Below, in pieces: positions 21,976-29,707 of a stretch of DNA of 64,000 nt. A program made the position numbers and the translations under genes. Source of the DNA: Bdellovibrionota bacterium (GTDB lineage Bacteria; Bdellovibrionota_C; UBA2361; JBIKUX01); the NCBI GenBank assembly GCA_044347345.1, contig JBIKUX010000015.1, positions 3,810 through 67,809 on the forward strand, given 5' to 3'. Numbering within the stretch: position 1 is the stretch's first letter; every line of letters starts with the position of its first letter. The notes beneath the pieces are model-generated. The model worked only from the letters and a program-made list of their open reading frames with translations. It was not told the origin of the DNA and made no database searches.

Positions 21976-22160
21976 GCTAACTCTTAAACTTCTTCGTATT
22001 TTTGATTTGCGGGTAGCTATAAAACTGAAAGATTATTTTACTACTTTTTCAAATAATACTTTGTTATATAATTACTGACCCGCGATAGCAAGATGAACTG
22101 AGTTTTATTTCTAGGGTGTACCACACTTTTAATTACGCTTTTAAACCACGCTTTTATACT
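21976..22160. repeat. Copy A of a roughly 185-bp direct repeat. Its mate is at 22853-23033 and the two are about 97% identical over the first 165 bp.
   Basis: The sequence ctaactct..aacttctt.gtatttttgatttgcgggtagctataaaactgaaagattattttactactttttcaaata.tactttgttatataattactgacccgcgatagcaagatgaact.agttttatttctagggtgtaccac is present twice with 5 mismatches. Confidence 0.85.
22062..22090 (-). promoter_or_regulatory. The identical candidate promoter TTGCTA-N17-TATAAC in repeat copy A, upstream of the 20-codon remnant ORF.
   Basis: Same sequence as in copy B. Confidence 0.3.
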
Positions 22161-22380
22161 GACCCTCAATTCCGCGCAAATTGATTGTTACTTATTCGCT
22201 GGTCGAAATACACGAGTGTTTTTTAAGAGGTGCTCTATATTTGTATAACAAAATAACTTACCCCGTACTCGGCAACCTGTAAACTTGGCATTAGCATGGC
22301 GTTTAGGAGTTAACTTAGCATTAGTTAAGTTAGCACCCTGTAAGTTAGCACGCTCTAAGTCAGCATCATAAAAGGTCGCA

Positions 22381-22839
22381 CTAGCTAATAGCTTTATTTA
22401 AGTTTTTAGCTTTCAGATATGGAGATACGGCCGAATTTCTATCGTTAGACCAAAATATAAAAGCACCTTCTACGTCAGCACCCTGTAAGTTAGCACCAGT
22501 TACATTAGATAACCTTAGATTAGCACCCTTTAAGTTAGCACCCTCTAAGTTAGCACCCTTTAAGTTAGCACGCTCTAAGTTAGCACCCTCTAAGTTAGCA
22601 CCCTCTAAGTTAGCACCCTCTAAGTTAGCACCCTCTAAGTTAGCACCCTTTAAGTTAGCACCAGCTGCCTGGCCAGTCATTAGTAATCTATCAATCACAT
22701 CTCGACGGGTCTCCCCCGCCTGCGGCAATTGTACTAGCTGAAAGGGGTTATACTGAGCTTGCAGTTCCTGTTGCAGTTCCTGTTGCTGTTGCTGTTGCTG
22801 TTGCAGTAGCTGTTGCTGTTGCTGTGATAATTGACTCAT
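22381..22839 (-). CDS. Pentapeptide-repeat protein with an N-terminal polyglutamine tract. Pentapeptide coding appears to continue in the +1 frame down to 22188, so the gene may be frameshifted.
   Basis: [24 protein letters not shown]... followed by about 10 A(N/D)L(E/K)G pentapeptides. These are encoded by nearly perfect 15-bp tandem units (taagttagcaccctc) across 22516-22665. Confidence 0.7.
   Translation of the reverse strand: MSQLSQQQQQLLQQQQQQQQELQQELQAQYNPFQLVQLPQAGETRRDVIDRLLMTGQAAGANLKGANLEGANLEGANLEGANLEGANLERANLKGANLEGANLKGANLRLSNVTGANLQGADVEGAFIFWSNDRNSAVSPYLKAKNLNKAIS
22516..22665. repeat. Tandem array of about 10 copies of a 15-bp unit (TAAGTTAGCACCCTC). It lies within the coding region and encodes GANLE pentapeptides.
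   Basis: Read directly from the sequence. Five consecutive units are identical. Confidence 0.85.
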
Positions 22840-22852
22840 CGTATTTATATCC

Positions 22853-23033
22853 TAACTCTAAAACTTCTTAGTATTTTTGATTTGCGGGTAGCTATAAAAC
22901 TGAAAGATTATTTTACTACTTTTTCAAATAGTACTTTGTTATATAATTACTGACCCGCGATAGCAAGATGAACTCAGTTTTATTTCTAGGGTGTACCACG
23001 CTTTTACGTCAAACCACGCTTTTATGCCAAGCT
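22853..23033. repeat. Copy B of the roughly 185-bp direct repeat, immediately 5' of the pentapeptide-repeat gene on the minus strand.
   Basis: See copy A. The repeat ends 14 nt before the ATG of the 22839..22381 gene. Confidence 0.85.
22938..22967 (-). promoter_or_regulatory. Candidate sigma70-type promoter on the minus strand, TTGCTA-N17-TATAAC, embedded in repeat copy B. It would give a 5'UTR of about 90 nt before the pentapeptide-repeat gene.
   Basis: Reverse complement of 22939-22967 reads TTGCTATCGCGGGTCAGTAATTATATAAC. Confidence 0.35.
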
Positions 23034-23093
23034 TTTATAATATTTTACTCAACTTTGTTTATCTAATTAATTAATGTAAGCTCACTCGGTCTT

Positions 23094-23726
23094 TCATAAA
23101 GGCATTGGCCCGGGTTCAAAGAAGATCTCAGCGCCGGGTACCCTGTAAGTCCAATGATTACCTGGAATAGATAAGTAAATACCCGCACTGTTAAGAGAAA
23201 ATTCATATTTTAATGTAGCCGATTTGCCACGATTATTTAGAAACTTACTTACCTCCCCTGCGCATTGCCTTGTATGTTCACTGGCTAAGTCCATTGACTT
23301 GTTACTTATATCAAGGACGCGAAAGTATAGTGGCAAGTTATTGGAAACAACCCAGCGGGGTAGCGTTAGTGAATCTGGCATAGTTCTTATATCGACCCTG
23401 ATTGGGTTACCACGGTCATCTTTTTTTATCAAACCGCTAATCCAATCTTCGTGTAATTTTAATCCGCTACCATCTTTAGCTTTGACTTTCGATTCGTCGG
23501 TGACCCTAAATTCAGGGTGTTTAATAATCTTTAATACCGGTTTAAATAATTCCGGTTTATATTCATTGTCACTCAGCTGAGTTATTAGTTTTTTTACTAG
23601 CTCGTTTACTTGGGGTTTTTGGGAGTGAATAAATAAATCTCTAACCCTTGTGTCGCGCCCTTTACCCCATCTGTTTAAAAGTCTTCTGAGATAAACTCTG
23701 TATGGAAAAGATAAGCATGGTCTTGT
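23094..23726 (-). CDS. Hypothetical protein. The frame is open for 211 codons but has no ATG, GTG or TTG before the TTG at 23432. Either it is N-terminally truncated or it uses a non-canonical start.
   Basis: My hand translation shows stop-free coding from 23726 down to 23094. A stop-free run this long in a 40% GC genome is unlikely by chance. The track reports only the 112-aa portion starting at the TTG. Confidence 0.4.
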   Translation of the reverse strand, partial: TRPCLSFPYRVYLRRLLNRWGKGRDTRVRDLFIHSQKPQVNELVKKLITQLSDNEYKPELFKPVLKIIKHPEFRVTDESKVKAKDGSGLKLHEDWISGLIKKDDRGNPIRVDIRTMPDSLTLPRWVVSNNLPLYFRVLDISNKSMDLASEHTRQCAGEVSKFLNNRGKSATLKYEFSLNSAGIYLSIPGNHWTYRVPGAEIFFEPGPMPL

Positions 23727-23817
23727 CTACACTTTGATCAAAGGCACTGTTCTTATGACGGGCAGTGTTTAAGAAATGCAAGGTTTTATAAATGCAGTGA
23801 TAAGAAAGTTAGAAACT

Positions 23818-24960
23818 TCAACTTTCACCACCTAGAAAGTTTAGAGTAGTTGGATTTACTAGTGTTTGGCACAAATCGATGCCCTCTCCATCTTTTCGGT
23901 CTATGTATAGTTGTTCACGACATCCAAATTTTTTTTCGGTATTATGTTGCGATGCCGGAAGATTAATGAGTAATGGAGCTGGTATGCCTGCCTTAAACTC
24001 TAATGGACACTTAAAGCGACGTATTTCGTCCCAGTAGCCAGATTGCAAAAACGATTGTAGTAGTAAAGACCCACCTTCAATTATTACAGAGATTATTCCT
24101 TGATCTCTTAGAACATTAAGAACACCTTTTATATCGTCTAATGATGAGACTTTTACGACCTTTACATGCTGTGGGAATACTTTTAAGTCTTCTACTTCAG
24201 TGATGACCATTGTTGGAGCAGAATCATCAAAAACCCTTGCTGCTCGACTTATAACTCCAGAGCGATCAAGTACAATTCTAAGAGGGGGAACTAGCGTTGA
24301 TTGTCTACCTCTAACCGTCAGTTGAGGATTGTCTATCATTACGGTTTTAGTACCCACTAAAATACTAGCTTCTTCATTACGCCATTTATGAACTAAATCA
24401 CGAGATGATTCACTGCTAATCCATCTGGAAGTATTATCCGACCGAGCTAAGAAACCATCCGCAGTCTCTGCCCATTTAAGTATTACATAAGGACGACGAA
24501 GCTGATGAAAAGTATAAAAACGACAATTAAGAATGCGAAAAGGTGAGGGGTCTGCTGCCTCTATAACATCTACTCCGTTAGATCTGAGGTACTGAACTCC
24601 TTTCCCACCTACAATAGGATTAGGGTCAAGTGCCCCAATTACTACCCGACGTATCCCTCGCTGAATGATTAATTCAGTGCACGGAGGAGTTTTGCCGTGA
24701 TGACAACACGGTTCAAGATTAACGTAGAGTGTGGCATCTGGGGGCACTGTTTCTTCATTGCCAAAAGCTCGCAGAGCCTCTACTTCAGCATGGTCTGACC
24801 CATATTTAATATGATACCCTTGCGCTAGTAATTGTTCACCTCGGGCAAGAACTGCTCCAACAAATGGATTAGGAAATACTGCTCTATCTCCCTTCTGAGC
24901 TAATTCAATACATGACTGAAGATGCTTTCTATCAGTGTGTGTTTCAATGTGTTCAATCAT
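23818..24960 (-). CDS. ribD: Bifunctional riboflavin biosynthesis protein RibD (pyrimidine deaminase and reductase).
   Basis: HAEVEAL and PCCHHGKTPPC deaminase zinc motifs. C-terminal reductase domain present. Confidence 0.9.
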   Translation of the reverse strand: MIEHIETHTDRKHLQSCIELAQKGDRAVFPNPFVGAVLARGEQLLAQGYHIKYGSDHAEVEALRAFGNEETVPPDATLYVNLEPCCHHGKTPPCTELIIQRGIRRVVIGALDPNPIVGGKGVQYLRSNGVDVIEAADPSPFRILNCRFYTFHQLRRPYVILKWAETADGFLARSDNTSRWISSESSRDLVHKWRNEEASILVGTKTVMIDNPQLTVRGRQSTLVPPLRIVLDRSGVISRAARVFDDSAPTMVITEVEDLKVFPQHVKVVKVSSLDDIKGVLNVLRDQGIISVIIEGGSLLLQSFLQSGYWDEIRRFKCPLEFKAGIPAPLLINLPASQHNTEKKFGCREQLYIDRKDGEGIDLCQTLVNPTTLNFLGGES

Positions 24961-25040
24961 TTGGTTGAAAAAAAAGATCTCTTAAAAAACATAACAAAAA
25001 TTAGTGCATTAGATATTTTATGATAAGCATAATAGCTTAA

Positions 25041-25994
25041 TTAATGTCTCCAATCTTTGGATAACGGCTCGCCTTTATCGCTACTAGCCTGTAGGATTCG
25101 TAATAAAAAATTCCTAAGCTGGCCGGGTGCTGGATTTAATTCTGTTATTCCAAGCTCTGTTAAGCTCGCAATATTTTCATGGAGAACAAAATTAAATAAA
25201 GAGCTACCCCAAATTCCTCTGAAATGCTGCTTAAACTTATTCTCTCGTACTTCACGTTCTTCCGCAGATTCAGGACCATCCCAACTTGATTTTCCTCCAA
25301 AGTGAAAAATATAAGAATCTGCCGCGTAACGAGTTTCAAATCCAGCTAAAAGAGCTCGGAGCGAATAGTCGTAATCTTCACCTCCACCTTGTCCATATCT
25401 TTCGTCAAAGAGGCCAACTGCTAGTAATATAGAGTAGGGGATTTTGATGCAAAAGTAAGGAAGGACTATTTGTGGTATCTGTAAGCCTTTTTGAATGTTG
25501 CGTACATGAGACAAAGCCATAAATTGGTATGCACTTGGAAAACTGAGGTAATCATGCAGATTTAGTTGAGCATGACATATTAAAGTCTCCACCACTTTTT
25601 GTGTCGTTAGAGCGATATTGGACACAACATAAGGAACTTGTTGATTTGAAAGAGGCGAGAGTATTACTGGTTCATTATTAGATAAAGGACTAAACCAACC
25701 CTGACTAAACTCAAGATCGTTGTTCATCATAATAAGGTCAGAGCCGGTATCTAAAGCCTTGAGGATAATCTGATTGACATTATGGGCAAACCCTTTCGGT
25801 TCTTGATTACGAATAATTGAAATATTTAAATCTTGAGTATCAATAGATGAATGAAATGAATTGTCGTTGTCAATTAAAATAAATTTCGCTGCATTTCTTA
25901 CAGCCTCTGGCGTAAATTGCATAAAAGAGTTGAGAGCATTTTCCGTGTAAACGCTTGAGGGCTTTGTAGTTATCATGCCAAAGATGATATTCAT
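25041..25994 (-). CDS. Glycosyltransferase family 2-like protein.
   Basis: FILIDNDNSF near the N-terminus (DxD-type). Later GGGEDYDYSLR motif, typical of GT-A/GT2. Confidence 0.55.
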   Translation of the reverse strand: MNIIFGMITTKPSSVYTENALNSFMQFTPEAVRNAAKFILIDNDNSFHSSIDTQDLNISIIRNQEPKGFAHNVNQIILKALDTGSDLIMMNNDLEFSQGWFSPLSNNEPVILSPLSNQQVPYVVSNIALTTQKVVETLICHAQLNLHDYLSFPSAYQFMALSHVRNIQKGLQIPQIVLPYFCIKIPYSILLAVGLFDERYGQGGGEDYDYSLRALLAGFETRYAADSYIFHFGGKSSWDGPESAEEREVRENKFKQHFRGIWGSSLFNFVLHENIASLTELGITELNPAPGQLRNFLLRILQASSDKGEPLSKDWRH

Positions 25995-26009
25995 ATTTAA
26001 GGCACAATT

Positions 26010-27074
26010 TTAACTTTGAAATTCTCTTATATATTCTGCCACTCTTAGAGCTGAATTTATGGAAAATGCATTGTATAAATTTACGCGAATTCCTCCCAGC
26101 ATTTTGTGACCAGAAAGACCCAGTATTCCCTCATGTTTAGCATTTCTGATGAACTTAGCTTCTCCATCGGAAGAACTGATATTAAATGTAGCATTCATTA
26201 TACTTCTTACATTACGGTCTGTATACGGAATACACAGGGAGTTACCGTCAATTGCTTCGTAGATTATTTTGGCTTTTTTTAGATTTCTTTGTTCCATCTC
26301 CGCTAAGCCACCTTCATCTTTTATCCAACGCAGTACCTCTCTGACTACAAAGATGGGAAGAACTGGAGGTGTATTGTAGACAGACTGATTATCTCTGAAG
26401 GTTCGGTAATTTAGCATAATTGGAAGTGAGTTTGAGCTTTTGTTTAAGAGTGCGCGACGAGCAACAACAACCGTGACTCCAGCAGGACCTAAGTTTTTTT
26501 GTGCTGAAGCATAGATTAATCCTACCTGAGAAAGGTCAATTGGACGTGATAAAAAATCGGACGATGCGTCGACTACTAGTGTTATATCATCAGATAGTTT
26601 CGGCAGGGTAGGCCATTGTGAGCCAATTATTGTGTTGTTGCTGGTTATATGCACATATCCGCAGTTTTCTGGTAATTCAGCTATTTCTGGAAGATTACGA
26701 AATTTGTTATCTTCAGAAGTACCGAGAACAATTGTTTCGCCAAATTTACTAGCTTCAGCCAAAGCTTTACTGGCCCACACTCCGGTATTGATATATCCTG
26801 CAACTTTACCCTTCTCAAGAAGATTCATTGGTACCATAGAGAATTGAGCGGTAGCCCCACCTACACAAAACATGACGCACCATTCATCTAAGGATATACC
26901 TAGAAGATCCGCTAAAAGCTTTTCGCTGTCACTGATAATAGCCAGAGAAACAGGCTCCCGATGACTTATCTCCATTAAGCCAACACCAGTACCATCAAAA
27001 TTATCTAAAGCTTTTTTAGTAGCTAAAACTGCTGATTCTGGAAGGATAGCAGGACCTGCATAACAATTTATCAT
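26010..27074 (-). CDS. serC: Phosphoserine aminotransferase.
   Basis: N-terminal NCYAGPAILPESVL (the SerC FxAGPA.LP motif). Class V aminotransferase fold. Confidence 0.85.
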   Translation of the reverse strand: MINCYAGPAILPESAVLATKKALDNFDGTGVGLMEISHREPVSLAIISDSEKLLADLLGISLDEWCVMFCVGGATAQFSMVPMNLLEKGKVAGYINTGVWASKALAEASKFGETIVLGTSEDNKFRNLPEIAELPENCGYVHITSNNTIIGSQWPTLPKLSDDITLVVDASSDFLSRPIDLSQVGLIYASAQKNLGPAGVTVVVARRALLNKSSNSLPIMLNYRTFRDNQSVYNTPPVLPIFVVREVLRWIKDEGGLAEMEQRNLKKAKIIYEAIDGNSLCIPYTDRNVRSIMNATFNISSSDGEAKFIRNAKHEGILGLSGHKMLGGIRVNLYNAFSINSALRVAEYIREFQS

Positions 27075-27257
27075 AAAAGCTCTGTTTGTAACGATTGGCT
27101 ATAAGACTTAACTCTCAAAAAAAAGGATTTACTACTCTGTATAGTAGAATTTATTTCCCTTGGGAAAACATAACATGGCATAATGAGTAACTAATTCGTT
27201 ATTTTACAAACCTTATAATTACTGGAGCAATTTTTTTAGGCGACGGGGCTCCCTATC

Positions 27258-28892
27258 TTAAAAATACTTACCATCAAACGATATTGACGTAGGATAAATA
27301 ATAGTATCCTTACAAAAGTCTTTTGAAGTGTGTAAATAGTCGATGTTATAATGAAGACCCCTACTCTCCTTGCGAGCTATGCTCGATTTAATTACCAGCT
27401 CAGCAACTAAACTCAAATTTCTAAGTTCGAGAAGATCTGAAGTGACAAAATGATTCCAGAAATACTCATGTATTTCATGTTGAATTAAGTTTACTCTCCT
27501 TAAAGCACGTTCAAGTCTTTTATTGCTTCGAACAATCCCAACATAGTTCCACATGCACTGTCTAAGTTCGTCCCAGTTTTGGCTAACAATTACGGCTTCA
27601 TCACTTGGTGCTGCGTCTCCCACGTTCCATTTAGGTATACTTGGAATAAGGTCTTCTGGTGAGAGGCTTGTATTGAGCGATTGTATTGCATCACATGCAG
27701 CACGGTATCCAAATACCACCCCCTCCAAAAGACTATTGGAAGCGAGTCGATTAGCTCCATGGAGCCCAGAAGAAGCGCATTCACCAGCTACATAAAGATT
27801 CTGTAGCTCTGTTTTCCCCCACTTATCTGCTACTACACCGCCACAAAGAAAATGTGCGGCTGGCACAACAGGAATGGGTTCTTTTGTAATATCAATACCA
27901 AATGTCTTGCATTTCTCATAAATGGTGGGAAAGTGAGAGCAAATAAAACTATTTTCTCGATGACTAATATCTAGGAACACATAGTCATCTCCAGTTCGCT
28001 TTAGCTCGTTATCAATGGCTCGTGCAACTATGTCACGCGGAGCTAGCTCCAGAAGAGAGTCATACCTCGCCATAAATCTTTCTCCACTTCGGAGTCGCAA
28101 AGTTGCTCCTTCTCCCCGTAAAGCTTCGGAAATGAGAAAAGACTTGGCGTCTGGATGAAAAAGACAAGTAGGATGAAATTGGAAGAATTCCATATTTGCT
28201 ACGGGTGCTCCTGCGCGGAAGCACATAGCTATGCCATCTCCGGTGGCAATGTCGGGGTTGGAAGTATACTTATAAACTTTCCCAGCACCACCAGTTGCTA
28301 CAAGCACTTTGCGAGCCAAAAAGCGACTAATTTTGCCGTCGGGAAGAAGTACGTAGGCTCCAAACACCTCTTTTTTTGATTGGTCAACATTATTGCTGGA
28401 TAAATGATGATTCGATATGAGATCGATGGCAAAAGCATTTTCAATAAAAATTATTCGCTCATTCTGTTTAGCCTGCTTGAGCAAAGCTTCATGAATGACT
28501 CGACCCGTAGCATCTGCCGCATGATATATTCGGCGTCGAGAATGTCCGCCTTCTCGGTGGAGATGAAAACGGCCGTTTTTATCTTGGTCGAAGTTTGTGC
28601 CAAGACGTATAAGCTCGTTTACACGAGCAGGACCTTCTCGGATTACTAATTCAACAATTTCTCTGTTAGCAATTCCACCACCTGTTTTAAGCGTATCTTC
28701 AATGTGCAAGTCAAGAGAATCCTCCTCCTGCTCGCTCACTGCTGCTATTCCACCTTGAGCCCATGCCGTAGACGATATCGATGCTTCTTTTTTACATAGC
28801 ACTTGCACTTGACCGTGCTTTGCAGCTTCAAGGGCAAAGGTAAGCCCCGCAATGCCCCCTCCTATTACAAGAAAATCTGAAACGTGTTCCAC
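27258..28892 (-). CDS. nadB: L-aspartate oxidase.
   Basis: FAD-binding DFLVIGGGIAGL. About 540 aa. C-terminal SRGLHYNIDY. Matches the NadB subfamily of fumarate reductase/succinate dehydrogenase flavoproteins. Confidence 0.85.
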   Translation of the reverse strand: MEHVSDFLVIGGGIAGLTFALEAAKHGQVQVLCKKEASISSTAWAQGGIAAVSEQEEDSLDLHIEDTLKTGGGIANREIVELVIREGPARVNELIRLGTNFDQDKNGRFHLHREGGHSRRRIYHAADATGRVIHEALLKQAKQNERIIFIENAFAIDLISNHHLSSNNVDQSKKEVFGAYVLLPDGKISRFLARKVLVATGGAGKVYKYTSNPDIATGDGIAMCFRAGAPVANMEFFQFHPTCLFHPDAKSFLISEALRGEGATLRLRSGERFMARYDSLLELAPRDIVARAIDNELKRTGDDYVFLDISHRENSFICSHFPTIYEKCKTFGIDITKEPIPVVPAAHFLCGGVVADKWGKTELQNLYVAGECASSGLHGANRLASNSLLEGVVFGYRAACDAIQSLNTSLSPEDLIPSIPKWNVGDAAPSDEAVIVSQNWDELRQCMWNYVGIVRSNKRLERALRRVNLIQHEIHEYFWNHFVTSDLLELRNLSLVAELVIKSSIARKESRGLHYNIDYLHTSKDFCKDTIIYPTSISFDGKYF

Positions 28893-28910
28893 AAAATATG
28901 GTACTCTTTT

Positions 28911-29678
28911 TTAAACTGGAAGACGTTTAAACAATACCTCAGGAATTAAGCCAAGAATTTTCATAATTATCTCCCAAAACCAAGGAGTATAAATAACATT
29001 ACGGCGCTTAACTGCGGCACGCACAATATCTTGTGCTACTCTACTGGGCTGAGCAAATAAGATTCCTTTACGCATATCTGCTGTCATAGGTGTGTCGACA
29101 AATCCAGGTTTAATAGTCAAAATATGCACATTTGATGAGCTGTATTCACTACGTAATCCCGAAAGAAAAGTAGTAAGAGCGCCTTTAGTCGCACAATACC
29201 AATATTTCTTCCTTCTTCCTCTATCGCCAGCAACCGAACTAATGACGCCTACAACACCTTTTATACTTTGCTTTGCCATTAACTGAGCACATTGTTCTGT
29301 AATTAGAGCAGTGCTTAGAAAGTTTGTAGTAACTAGATTAAGTCTACCTTGAGGGGTTGTTTCGCTGGTGAGATTACCGTGAGCAACTAACACTAGATCG
29401 ACAGGCTCATCATTAAACATTTTGTTTATGAAATCAGGAATAGCATCTATATTACAGAAGTCAAATAACTCAGTTGAAACTGTAGCCTGACGTACAGACA
29501 AGTCTTGTGATAAGGTTTTTAACTTTTCGGCTGAACGGCCTACTAAAGTAATTGTTATGCCTTGGCCAGCTAGCGCTTGTGCTGTAGCTATAGCTATACC
29601 TGAGGTAGCTCCAAAGATTACAATTCTCTTAAAAGAATGAAGAGGAGATACCGCTGAAAATGTTTCTGGAGATGTCAT
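28911..29678 (-). CDS. Short-chain dehydrogenase/reductase (SDR) family oxidoreductase.
   Basis: Rossmann motif IVIFGATSGIAIATAQALAGQG. Length 255 aa. Confidence 0.7.
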   Translation of the reverse strand: MTSPETFSAVSPLHSFKRIVIFGATSGIAIATAQALAGQGITITLVGRSAEKLKTLSQDLSVRQATVSTELFDFCNIDAIPDFINKMFNDEPVDLVLVAHGNLTSETTPQGRLNLVTTNFLSTALITEQCAQLMAKQSIKGVVGVISSVAGDRGRRKKYWYCATKGALTTFLSGLRSEYSSSNVHILTIKPGFVDTPMTADMRKGILFAQPSRVAQDIVRAAVKRRNVIYTPWFWEIIMKILGLIPEVLFKRLPV

Positions 29679-29707
29679 AAATAAATACTTAGTATGATTA
29701 ATTATTA

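Noticed and set aside
22456-22665. Possible CRISPR array, because of the regularly repeated 15-bp units
   Set aside because: The units are contiguous with no spacers. They lie inside an ORF and translate to A(N/D)LxG pentapeptides, so this is a coding tandem repeat and not a CRISPR.
23224-23580. 118-aa plus-strand ORF
   Set aside because: It lies entirely antisense to the long minus-strand open frame 23094-23726, which has much better coding character. The product has a low-complexity L/S-rich composition.
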